From Nanobdellota archaeon (GTDB lineage Archaea > Nanobdellota > Nanobdellia > Pacearchaeales > GW2011-AR1): a stretch of DNA of 64,000 nt. The notes under the pieces were generated by a model. It was not told the origin of the DNA and searched no databases. It saw only the letters and a program-made list of their open reading frames with translations. Made by a program: the position numbers and the translations under genes. Below, in pieces: positions 17,428 through 25,068 of this stretch. Numbering within the stretch: the first letter of the stretch is position 1; each line of letters opens with the position of its first letter. Location of the stretch: the NCBI GenBank assembly GCA_024654565.1, contig JANLHM010000006.1, positions 64,694 through 128,693 on the forward strand, in the 5' to 3' direction.

Positions 17428-17574
17428 TTAAAGCCTTATCTTAGAATCTTTAACTGCTGTATGCTGGTTTAGTCTTCCTTCTGCAAGGCAGTCAAAGCAA
17501 ACGTGATAGGTTCCATCTTTTTCTTTAACTCTTCCGGTTCCATTGCATTTTCGGCATCTTTCCTCATATTCCAT
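17428..17574 (-). CDS. Small (48 aa) zinc-finger protein with DnaJ-type CxxCxGxG motif
   Basis: Own translation: MEYEERCRKCNGTGRVKEKDGTYHVCFDCLAEGRLNQHTAVKDSKIRL. Contains CRKCNGTG plus CFDC. Below the ORF-track cutoff. Confidence 0.45.
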   Translation of the reverse strand: MEYEERCRKCNGTGRVKEKDGTYHVCFDCLAEGRLNQHTAVKDSKIRL

Positions 17575-17671
17575 ATAAAACTCAATTATAATGGATATAT
17601 AAAGTTGATTATAGTTGAAAAATGATAAGGTTTTTAAGTTATATCCAGTTTCATATTTTGACTGGGATTAA

Positions 17672-17869
17672 GCCCCGATAGTATAGTGGCCAAGTACGCT
17701 GCCCTCTCAAGAAGATGGAAAAGAGGTGACTTGAATCTTGATGAAAGAGTAAGTCTCGCATCTAAATGCAACTTCCTTTCGACAAAAGATCTTAACAATC
17801 TGAAAAATAAAGGGAAACCTTTATCTTCAGAGAACGGCAGTAACCCGAGTTCGAATCTCGGCCGGGGCG
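17672..17869 (+). tRNA. tRNA-Glu (anticodon CUC) interrupted by a 125-nt intron at canonical position 37/38
   Basis: Hand-folded. Acceptor GCCCCGA/CCGGGGC (A7-C66 mismatch). D arm GTAT/GTAC. Anticodon stem CTGCC/GGCAG with loop CT-CTC-A|...|C. T arm CCGAG-TTCGAAT-CTCGG. TATA-like ttatat lies about 30 nt upstream. Confidence 0.85.
17710..17834 (+). other. tRNA intron with perfect hBHBh' splicing motif
   Basis: Anticodon stem CTGCC/GGCAG, then a 3-nt bulge AAC, a 4-bp helix CTCT/AGAG, a 3-nt bulge CAA, and an outer helix GAAGAT/ATCTTC. Cleavage sites fall at 37/38. Confidence 0.75.
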
Positions 17870-17926
17870 TTTATTTCTTTTTTTTAATAAGCATGAATCT
17901 ATATACTTGATGTACTTCTTCAATCT

Positions 17927-18139
17927 ATGGTGAAGAAAAAAAATATCTTGATAATTATTTTCTCCGTATTAATTGCTGTAATTTTAGTTTGGGGACTTAT
18001 TGGAAGTTCCGAAGCAGCAGAAATAGGAATAACTTGTGACTTTGGTGTAGGAGAAGATGGAAGTGTTTTCTGTTGGACTTGGCATAACAATGTCCTTGGT
18101 GAATTAGGCGAGACAATAGGCAATATTTTGGATAATTAG
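17927..18139 (+). CDS. Small membrane/secreted protein
   Basis: N-terminal KKK plus a hydrophobic helix (ILIIIFSVLIAVILVWGLIG). Confidence 0.4.
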   Translation: MVKKKNILIIIFSVLIAVILVWGLIGSSEAAEIGITCDFGVGEDGSVFCWTWHNNVLGELGETIGNILDN

Positions 18140-18174
18140 AAATATTCTTAACCTCTAAATTATTCTAGTAAATT

Positions 18175-18414
18175 ATGGAACCCCCAACAATTACAGGACG
18201 AATAAATGCAAAGATCTTCGAGATTCTTGAAAAGAATCCTGAAGGGGTGCGTTGGACGGATTTATTGTCTATGATTAAAAAATGGGACCCAAGTCTTCAC
18301 CCAAAAACTGTCAATGGTTGTGTGTGGAAAATTATTGAGAATTTTCCTGATAAAGTTTACAAACCTTCAAAAGGAATTTTTAGATTGAGGAAATTTTCCT
18401 CTAAAAAGATTTAA
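18175..18414 (+). CDS. Small winged-helix-like DNA-binding protein
   Basis: The pattern INAKIFEILEKNPEGVRWTDLLSMI...GIFRLRK resembles a wHTH. Confidence 0.45.
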   Translation: MEPPTITGRINAKIFEILEKNPEGVRWTDLLSMIKKWDPSLHPKTVNGCVWKIIENFPDKVYKPSKGIFRLRKFSSKKI

Positions 18415-18438
18415 ATATAACGGACCCAATAAAATGTT

Positions 18439-18615
18439 ATGGTTGTTAGTTCTATTTCAGGAGAAATTAAGGGGAAATGGGTGGTTTTGTTAGAGCAGCG
18501 TATAATTGCTTCTGGTGATGATCTTAAAGAGATTATAAAGGAATCTCAGAGGAAATATCCTAATCAAAAATTTGTTCTTGCCAAAGTTCCTGAAGAAGGT
18601 GCAATGATTTACTAA
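18439..18615 (+). CDS. Small protein (58 aa), DUF5678-like
   Basis: Own translation: MVVSSISGEIKGKWVVLLEQRIIASGDDLKEIIKESQRKYPNQKFVLAKVPEEGAMIY. The GKWV...ivasg.dl.e...kyP...vlakVP pattern is one I recall from a family often found next to retropepsin-like genes. Confidence 0.45.
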   Translation: MVVSSISGEIKGKWVVLLEQRIIASGDDLKEIIKESQRKYPNQKFVLAKVPEEGAMIY

Positions 18616-18619
18616 TAAA

Positions 18620-19048
18620 ATGGTTCTGTCCTTCAACTACCATCAGTTACCAAATAAAAAAGGTAGTGATATACGAACTCCCACTATTCCAGTAACTCTA
18701 AAAGGAAAGTCCGAAGCGGAAATACGAGTTTATGCTTTGATTGATTCTGGTGCAGATATTTCGGTTATCCCTAAAGCTCTCGCTGAAGTGTTGAATTTAG
18801 ATTTGTCTGGAAAGTCCGAATCAAGTTATGGTATTGGGGGCGAAATAAAAGTAAAAACCTCTAAAATGGGAGTTACTGTGGCTAAAGGTCATGAGAAGTA
18901 TAATTTTATGGTTCCTGTTCAAATTATACTCGGTGGGGAAGAACCCCCAATAATCTTAGGGAGAAGGGGATTTTTTGAAAATTTTATAGTTACCTTAGAT
19001 GAGTCGACAAAGAAGATTAAACTCAAGAAAGTTGTCAGACTCCATTAA
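18620..19048 (+). CDS. Retropepsin-like aspartic protease
   Basis: ALIDSGADISVIP (D-S/T-G active-site motif) and the ILGRRGFFENF flap/terminal motif. Confidence 0.7.
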   Translation: MVLSFNYHQLPNKKGSDIRTPTIPVTLKGKSEAEIRVYALIDSGADISVIPKALAEVLNLDLSGKSESSYGIGGEIKVKTSKMGVTVAKGHEKYNFMVPVQIILGGEEPPIILGRRGFFENFIVTLDESTKKIKLKKVVRLH

Positions 19049-19195
19049 GATTATTTTTAAAATTAATTCTTTTTAACCAAATTCTTTTTATGTCTGAATT
19101 TTCTAATGGGGAAGTAACCCCCTCAAGAGCAACTAATAACTTTTGTTTTCTTACTTAGTGTAATAAATACATATACTAAACCGCCACAATGTTTA

Positions 19196-19218
19196 AATAG
19201 TGTAATTAGTACACTATT
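19196..19218. promoter_or_regulatory. Perfect palindrome (9-bp arms, 5-nt spacer) overlapping the pncB operon promoter; candidate NrtR operator
   Basis: AATAGTGTA-ATTAG-TACACTATT lies 29-51 nt upstream of the pncB ATG. An imperfect related site TTAGTGTAATAAATACATATACTAA is at 19155..19179. Both share TAGTGTAAT and are followed by TATACTAA. Confidence 0.45.
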
Positions 19219-19246
19219 ATACTAAATGTAAAAAATACACAAAGAA

Positions 19247-20533
19247 ATGACAGAAAAAATAAACAAAAACGTAGGGAATGAAAGTCCAGGGAAGGAGAAT
19301 CCAATAATTTCTTCACTGTTGGACACAGACTTTTACAAGCTGACAATGGGACAGTTTGTATATAATAGGTATCCGGATGTGATAGTCAAGTATTCCTTTA
19401 AGAATAGAACTTCGAGTGTAAACCTTGCAGAGGTTGTTGATGAGAATGATTTAAGGAGAGAATTGAACAACATAAGAAGTTTAAGTTTGACTAATGATGA
19501 AGTAAATTACCTTAAGAGTTTAAAGTATGAAGGTAAACACCTTTTCAAAGAAGATTATATTGATTTTTTAAAAAATATAGAACTCCCTACTTATGAATTG
19601 TCAAAAGAAAAGGGTTTTCTAAAACTTGAATTTACTGGGCCTTGGTCAAAATCAATTTATTGGGAGACTCTTGCTCTTTCAGTCATAAATGAACTTTATT
19701 ACAAAGAGAAATTGAGAGGAATGAATTTGGAAGAGGTTGAAGCGGTCTATTCCGAAGGCAAAAAAAGGCTTAAAAAGAAAGTTAGGACTTTAAGGGAAAA
19801 CCCCGAGATAAAATTCATAGAATTTGGGACAAGAAGAAGATTTAGTTCTGGATGGCAATCAAAGGTCGTTTCATATCTAAAGGAGCATGTTCCGTCTCAA
19901 ATTACTGGTACTTCAAACGTTTACCTTGCAATGAAACATGGGCTAGATCCAAAAGGAACAATGGCACATGAAACTTTTATGGTTATGTCTGGAATAATGC
20001 ATGACAATGATGAAAGTATAAGAAATTCACATAACCAAGTTCTAAAAGAGTGGTGGGAAGAATATGGGGAAAGTTTGTCTATTGCCTTGACAGACACATA
20101 TGGTTCAGAATTTTTCTTTAAAGACATTACTCCAGAACAAGCAAGAAATTGGAAAGGATTAAGGCAGGACTCTGGAGACCCACGAGAATTTGCAAGACAC
20201 CAAATTGAATTTTATAACGGCCTCGGGATAGACCCAAAAGAAAAACTTTTTGTTCCAAGTGATGGACTTGAAATTGAAAAAATGGTTTCTCTTCAAAAAG
20301 AATACGGGAACAAAATAAACATTGTTTCCGGGTGGGGAACAAACCTCACTAATGACATGGGACTTAAACCACTTTCCTTAGTAATAAAAGCAGTTGAAGC
20401 GAATGGACACGGAACTGTTAAACTAAGTGACAACTCTGCAAAGTCGACGGGGGAACCTAGTGACATTTCAAGGTTCATTCAAATATTCGAATATCCCCCT
20501 TTTAAATACAAAACAGAGGAGTGTAAATACTAA
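19247..20533 (+). CDS. pncB: Nicotinate phosphoribosyltransferase
   Basis: LLDTDFYKLTMGQ, FGTRRRFS, GTSNVYLAMKHGLDPKGTMAHE and LRQDSGDP closely parallel E. coli PncB motifs. Confidence 0.9.
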   Translation: MTEKINKNVGNESPGKENPIISSLLDTDFYKLTMGQFVYNRYPDVIVKYSFKNRTSSVNLAEVVDENDLRRELNNIRSLSLTNDEVNYLKSLKYEGKHLFKEDYIDFLKNIELPTYELSKEKGFLKLEFTGPWSKSIYWETLALSVINELYYKEKLRGMNLEEVEAVYSEGKKRLKKKVRTLRENPEIKFIEFGTRRRFSSGWQSKVVSYLKEHVPSQITGTSNVYLAMKHGLDPKGTMAHETFMVMSGIMHDNDESIRNSHNQVLKEWWEEYGESLSIALTDTYGSEFFFKDITPEQARNWKGLRQDSGDPREFARHQIEFYNGLGIDPKEKLFVPSDGLEIEKMVSLQKEYGNKINIVSGWGTNLTNDMGLKPLSLVIKAVEANGHGTVKLSDNSAKSTGEPSDISRFIQIFEYPPFKYKTEECKY

Positions 20534-21372
20534 TGGAAAAATTTTATGTTGGGGTTAATATTGATTGGAGTAAGTCTTTTGTTGACCCGAATGGAAGTTT
20601 TTATTGTGGAACAACTGGGGACCAAAAGTCTTTAGTATCAAAACTTATGCCCCACTTAGACTTGGTCGTTAATACTACAGATTTTCATTCAATAACCAGT
20701 AAAGAGTTCTCAATTAATGGGGGGATGTGGCCTCTTCACAATATTGCCGAGTTTAGAGATATAAATCCTCTTGACTATAACCTTGATAAAGATTCAACTA
20801 TTAGTCCTGAACAAACCCAAGTTATCGAAAACGCCATAAATAAAACAAAAACAGGAATTGTTATTCCAAGGCATGTTTATTTCCAAGGTGGAGATGAACC
20901 TTCTTTTACCCCAGATTTGGTTGAAAGAGCGTTCCAGCAGAAAATAATCACACCTGAAGAATTCATGAATGAAGATTATACATATATTATTTCTCCAAAA
21001 ATGCATTTTGATGCAACTACAATTATTAGTCCATACTTTCTTCCAAAAACAAATATTGAAAAAATTCCAAATGAAGAGTTTACAATTTTTGATTTAATAG
21101 ACAAAAAATACGGAAAAAGTAAGGAAATTGTTTACATCGGAACAGGAGTTGTTGATAACATTTGTAGGCATTATACCACAACGGGGTTAAGGCAAAAGTA
21201 TGGGAGAAGAGTCGTAAACATTTTTGGGGCAACAACAGAACTCTATGGTGTTGGTCTTGGATTTGAAAACAAAAACCAAGTAAGGGAGTCTTGTGAAAGA
21301 ATTCAAAAAGACATCGGTATAGAACACAAAACTTTGGAGGAAATGCTCTTTGAGATAAATGTTAGAAAATGA
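20533..21372 (+). CDS. Isochorismatase-family hydrolase, nicotinamidase-like
   Basis: VGVNIDWSKSFVDPNGSF (compare VDmQnDF), TTDFHS, and GTGVVDNICRHYTTTGL (compare GvatdyCV with catalytic Cys). Context next to pncB. Confidence 0.55.
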   Translation: MEKFYVGVNIDWSKSFVDPNGSFYCGTTGDQKSLVSKLMPHLDLVVNTTDFHSITSKEFSINGGMWPLHNIAEFRDINPLDYNLDKDSTISPEQTQVIENAINKTKTGIVIPRHVYFQGGDEPSFTPDLVERAFQQKIITPEEFMNEDYTYIISPKMHFDATTIISPYFLPKTNIEKIPNEEFTIFDLIDKKYGKSKEIVYIGTGVVDNICRHYTTTGLRQKYGRRVVNIFGATTELYGVGLGFENKNQVRESCERIQKDIGIEHKTLEEMLFEINVRK

Positions 21373-23084
21373 AAATTGCTATAGTTCAGATGAACTCAAT
21401 CACTGGAGACCTCTTTGGGAACACTAAGAAAATAAAAGATGGAATAAGGCGAGCTAAGGAAAATGGTGCACACCTTGTTGTTTTTCCTGAAATGGCTTTG
21501 ACTGGTTATTGCATTTCAGACTTAATTGAAGATGAGAGTTTCATTGAAAAAAATAAGAGCCTTATATATGAAATTTCTAAAGAAAGTGAAGGAATTGTTG
21601 CAATCATTGGTTTTATTGATTACGACCATACCAAAAAGAATGATGACGGAAGAGTAAGAAAATACAATTCAGCTGCAGTTATTCAAAACGGAATTGTTTT
21701 AGGAGTTGTAAACAAATCTCTTCTACCTAATTACAGATATTTTGACGAAAAAAGATATTTTAATCCTTCAGAAAAAAGGGACCCAGTCGAAATAATTGTT
21801 GAGGGTAAAAAGGTAAAACTTGGTGTTTCAATATGTGAAGACTTGTGGGATGAGTCTTACTTAGTGAAACCAATAAAAGAGTTAGCAGAAAAAGGAGCAG
21901 AAATTATAATTAACATAAATGCTTCTCCATTTTACCACGGGAAATCTATTGAAAGGGACAAGATTATCAAAAAGCAGATTGAAAACATAGGTCTTCCATT
22001 TGTTTATGTTAACACTGTTGGATCAGCTGACAATGGAAAAAATATCATCCCTTTTGACGGAGAGTCATCAGTTTTTAATAAGAATGGGGAACTGACACTT
22101 CTTGGTAAGAAGTTTGATGAAGAAATTTTGTTTGTTGACTTAGAAAACAAAAATGAAACAAAAATAAAAAGAGAAAAATATTCCTCTGAAAAAGAAATTT
22201 TTGAAGCTCTTGTTATGAGCCTTAAAGATTATGCAAATCAAATTGGATTCAAAAAAGCAATTTTACCTCTTTCAGGGGGGATAGATTCTGCACTTGGACT
22301 TGTTATATGTGTTGAGGCCCTTGGAAGTGGAAACGTTATTGCATATAACCTTCCTTCAGAATTTAATACTGACACAACAAAAAACATTGCAAAGAAACTC
22401 TCGAGAAACTTGAATGTTGAGTACAGAACAATTCCTGTGCAAGAAATTGATGAAAAAATAAGAGAAGTTTATGAAAAAAATGTTTCCAAAATAAAAAGAG
22501 GAGTTACAAAGGAGAATCTTCATGCAAGAATAAGGGGATTACTTATGATGCTTGAATCGAATGACAATGGTTCTCTTCTTGTTTCAAATGGAAATAAAAC
22601 TGAAATTGCTCTGGGTTATTCGACTTTATATGGAGATATGTGTGGGGGAATTTCAGTTATAGGGGACTTATCTAAGTCCCAAGTGTACAAAATTTCAAAA
22701 TATGTTAATGAAAGGTTTGAAAAAGAAATAATTCCTGAAGAAATATTCAAAATAAAACCTTCGGCTGAACTGAGTTTAGGTCAGTATGACCCTTTTGACT
22801 ACCCAATTGTCTCTCCCTTAGTTGATTTATTTGTAGAAGAAAGAAATTCAATTAATGACATAATTGAAAAGTTTAAAGATAAAAATCTTGGAGAAAGTTT
22901 TCCTCGAGAAGTTTATTCAAATTATTCTTTAGATGAATTTAAGTCTTTGGTTTACAGTATTTATGGACTTATTAAAAAATCAGTTTATAAGAGACTTCAG
23001 GGACCTCCAATTATAAGTGTTACTAAGAGGTCATTTGGTTTTGACCTTCGTGAAACTTTAGTAAACTACTGGGAGGGAAGATGA
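21369..23084 (+). CDS. nadE: Glutamine-dependent NAD+ synthetase (nitrilase domain + PP-loop synthetase domain)
   Basis: The N-terminal CN-hydrolase domain has FPEMALTGY and ICEDLW. The PP-loop LSGGIDSA is present. 571 aa. Confidence 0.9.
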   Translation: MKIAIVQMNSITGDLFGNTKKIKDGIRRAKENGAHLVVFPEMALTGYCISDLIEDESFIEKNKSLIYEISKESEGIVAIIGFIDYDHTKKNDDGRVRKYNSAAVIQNGIVLGVVNKSLLPNYRYFDEKRYFNPSEKRDPVEIIVEGKKVKLGVSICEDLWDESYLVKPIKELAEKGAEIIININASPFYHGKSIERDKIIKKQIENIGLPFVYVNTVGSADNGKNIIPFDGESSVFNKNGELTLLGKKFDEEILFVDLENKNETKIKREKYSSEKEIFEALVMSLKDYANQIGFKKAILPLSGGIDSALGLVICVEALGSGNVIAYNLPSEFNTDTTKNIAKKLSRNLNVEYRTIPVQEIDEKIREVYEKNVSKIKRGVTKENLHARIRGLLMMLESNDNGSLLVSNGNKTEIALGYSTLYGDMCGGISVIGDLSKSQVYKISKYVNERFEKEIIPEEIFKIKPSAELSLGQYDPFDYPIVSPLVDLFVEERNSINDIIEKFKDKNLGESFPREVYSNYSLDEFKSLVYSIYGLIKKSVYKRLQGPPIISVTKRSFGFDLRETLVNYWEGR

Positions 23085-24196
23085 GACTTATAAAAAAAGA
23101 CGGGAAGTTTGACTTGTCTGAAATTGAAGTAAGTCTTTTGTATGACTACAATTATCCAAAAGAACATGTAGAAAAATTAATGCCAAAACTTGAAGAGATA
23201 GACTTTTTAAGAAAAGAAAAAAATGCAGTTGTCCTCGCTCACCTGTACCAGATTCCTCCAATTCAACTTATTTCCGACTTTAGGGGGGATTCACTAAAAC
23301 TTGCAGAGTATGCAAAAAACATTGGCGACAAAAGTCTTATTGTTTCTTCGACTGTCAAATTCATGGCCGAGATGGCTAAAATTTTAAGTCCCTCAAAAAA
23401 AGTTGTTGTTCCTTCACTTGAAGCAAGCTGTTCAATTGCTGAAGGAATAAATGGGGAAACTATTAAAAGAATAAAAGAAAGTTTTCCAGACTCTTCAATT
23501 GTTTCTTACATAAATACTTACATTGATTCAAAGGCAGAAGTTGATTCAGTTTGCACTTCTGCAAATGCACGACAAGTTTTAGAAAATATTGGAGGAAATT
23601 CGGTGATACTTCTTCCGGATTACTTTTTCTCAAAGAATGTAATCAAAAGTATAAAAAATCCCGGAAGGAAATACTTTGCATACAAAGGAATTTCTAATGG
23701 GAACATAATAATTGAGGATGTATTCAATGAAAAGGAAATTGTTGTTAGCGGTGAAGGAATTAATTTACCTCTTTTGAAAAAAGGAACTTGTATTGTTCAT
23801 GAGGACTTCACACCTGAAGAAGTTATTTACTTAAGGAAGAAGGATAAAATTGATGTAGTTATGTCTCACCCTGAAGTTTCTCCGGAAGTTGCAAGAGTTT
23901 CAGACTTTGTTGGTGGAACAAGTAACATGATAAACTTTGTTAAAGAAAATGGTGAAAAATTAAAGTATTTGGTAATCACAGAATGTGATTTAACTGGTCC
24001 ATTAAGAGAAACTTATAGGAAAACTAATTTTTACACTCCTTGCAAACTTTGTCCTTATATGAAGAAAAATAGTGTTGACTCTTTAATTGATTCACTAAAA
24101 AAAGAAGTTTATGAAATAAAAATTGAGGAAACTCTTCTTAAGAAGGGAAGGAGGTCCTTAGACAAAATGTTTGAACTAACAGGAGGTTTAAAATGA
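23081..24196 (+). CDS. nadA: Quinolinate synthase
   Basis: VLAHLYQIPPIQLISDFRGDSLKLA, VKFMAEMAKIL and ASCSIAEG. SYINTYIDSKAEVDSVCTSANA, and C-terminal CKLCPYMKKN, follow the NadA pattern including the cluster cysteines. Confidence 0.85.
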   Translation: MRLIKKDGKFDLSEIEVSLLYDYNYPKEHVEKLMPKLEEIDFLRKEKNAVVLAHLYQIPPIQLISDFRGDSLKLAEYAKNIGDKSLIVSSTVKFMAEMAKILSPSKKVVVPSLEASCSIAEGINGETIKRIKESFPDSSIVSYINTYIDSKAEVDSVCTSANARQVLENIGGNSVILLPDYFFSKNVIKSIKNPGRKYFAYKGISNGNIIIEDVFNEKEIVVSGEGINLPLLKKGTCIVHEDFTPEEVIYLRKKDKIDVVMSHPEVSPEVARVSDFVGGTSNMINFVKENGEKLKYLVITECDLTGPLRETYRKTNFYTPCKLCPYMKKNSVDSLIDSLKKEVYEIKIEETLLKKGRRSLDKMFELTGGLK

Positions 24197-25068
24197 AATT
24201 TAAGACTTTTAGTATTCTTGCTGGAAGTGAAGCGTGTAACGCTAGGTGTCCATTTTGTGTTTCAAAGATGACTCCTCCAAATGGGGTTGACTTAAAGGAG
24301 CCAGAAGTCAACTGGAGAAATTTTAGGGTTGCAGCAAACTTGGCAAAACATTCAGATGTTGACACCGCAATGATCACAAGTAAGGGTGAACCACTACTCT
24401 TTCCAAAACAAATTACAAAATATATGGAAGTATTAAATGAATTTAATTTTCCTTTTATTGAGCTTCAAACAAATGCAATCCCTTTATATGAAAAAAAAGA
24501 AAAGTATGACCCGTTTGTTAAAAATTGGTTTAACAAAGGGTTAACAACTGTTGCAATTTCAATAGTTCACTTTGACCCCGAGAAAAATAGAGAAATATAC
24601 TCACCCAATAAAAAAAGTTACATAGATTTATCGGACACCGTAAAATACCTACATGACACTGGGCTTTCTGTAAGACTTGCAACAATTGGTCTTGATGGAT
24701 ATATAGACTCAGGAAGTAAACTTGAAAGATTAATAGAGTTTTCAAAAGAAAACAAAGTTGAACAACTGACTCTACGACCTGTAAACAAATCTGAAGAGGG
24801 TAAAGACCTTGACATTTACAAATGGGTCTTGGAAAATTATCTGAAAAAAGAGCAGTTAGATGACATAAACAGTTATGTTTATAACAACGGAACAAAACTC
24901 TTAGAACTTCCTCATGGTGCAGTTGTTTATGACATCCGTTCTCAAAACTTTTGTCTTACAAACTCTTTAACAAGAGATTCAAATCCAGATAAAGGGAGGC
25001 AATTGATCTTTTTTCCTGATGGGCACATAAGGTATGACTGGGAAAAGGAAGGAGCAATTTTACTATGA
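24193..25068 (+). CDS. Radical SAM enzyme, function unknown
   Basis: CNARCPFC (CxxxCxxC) near the N-terminus and a GEPLL SAM-binding motif. ATGA-coupled to nadA. Confidence 0.8.
   Translation: MKFKTFSILAGSEACNARCPFCVSKMTPPNGVDLKEPEVNWRNFRVAANLAKHSDVDTAMITSKGEPLLFPKQITKYMEVLNEFNFPFIELQTNAIPLYEKKEKYDPFVKNWFNKGLTTVAISIVHFDPEKNREIYSPNKKSYIDLSDTVKYLHDTGLSVRLATIGLDGYIDSGSKLERLIEFSKENKVEQLTLRPVNKSEEGKDLDIYKWVLENYLKKEQLDDINSYVYNNGTKLLELPHGAVVYDIRSQNFCLTNSLTRDSNPDKGRQLIFFPDGHIRYDWEKEGAILL

Noticed and set aside
17686-17910. 74-aa ORF in the track (MAKYAALSRRWKRGDL...)
   Set aside because: It lies entirely over the tRNA-Glu gene and its intron. The RNA fold explains the sequence, and the ORF is a by-product.
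19089-19157. 22-codon ORF (MSEFSNGEVTPSRATNNFCFLT) upstream of pncB as a leader peptide
   Set aside because: It has no SD or promoter context and no pyridine-related logic. It is too short to support.
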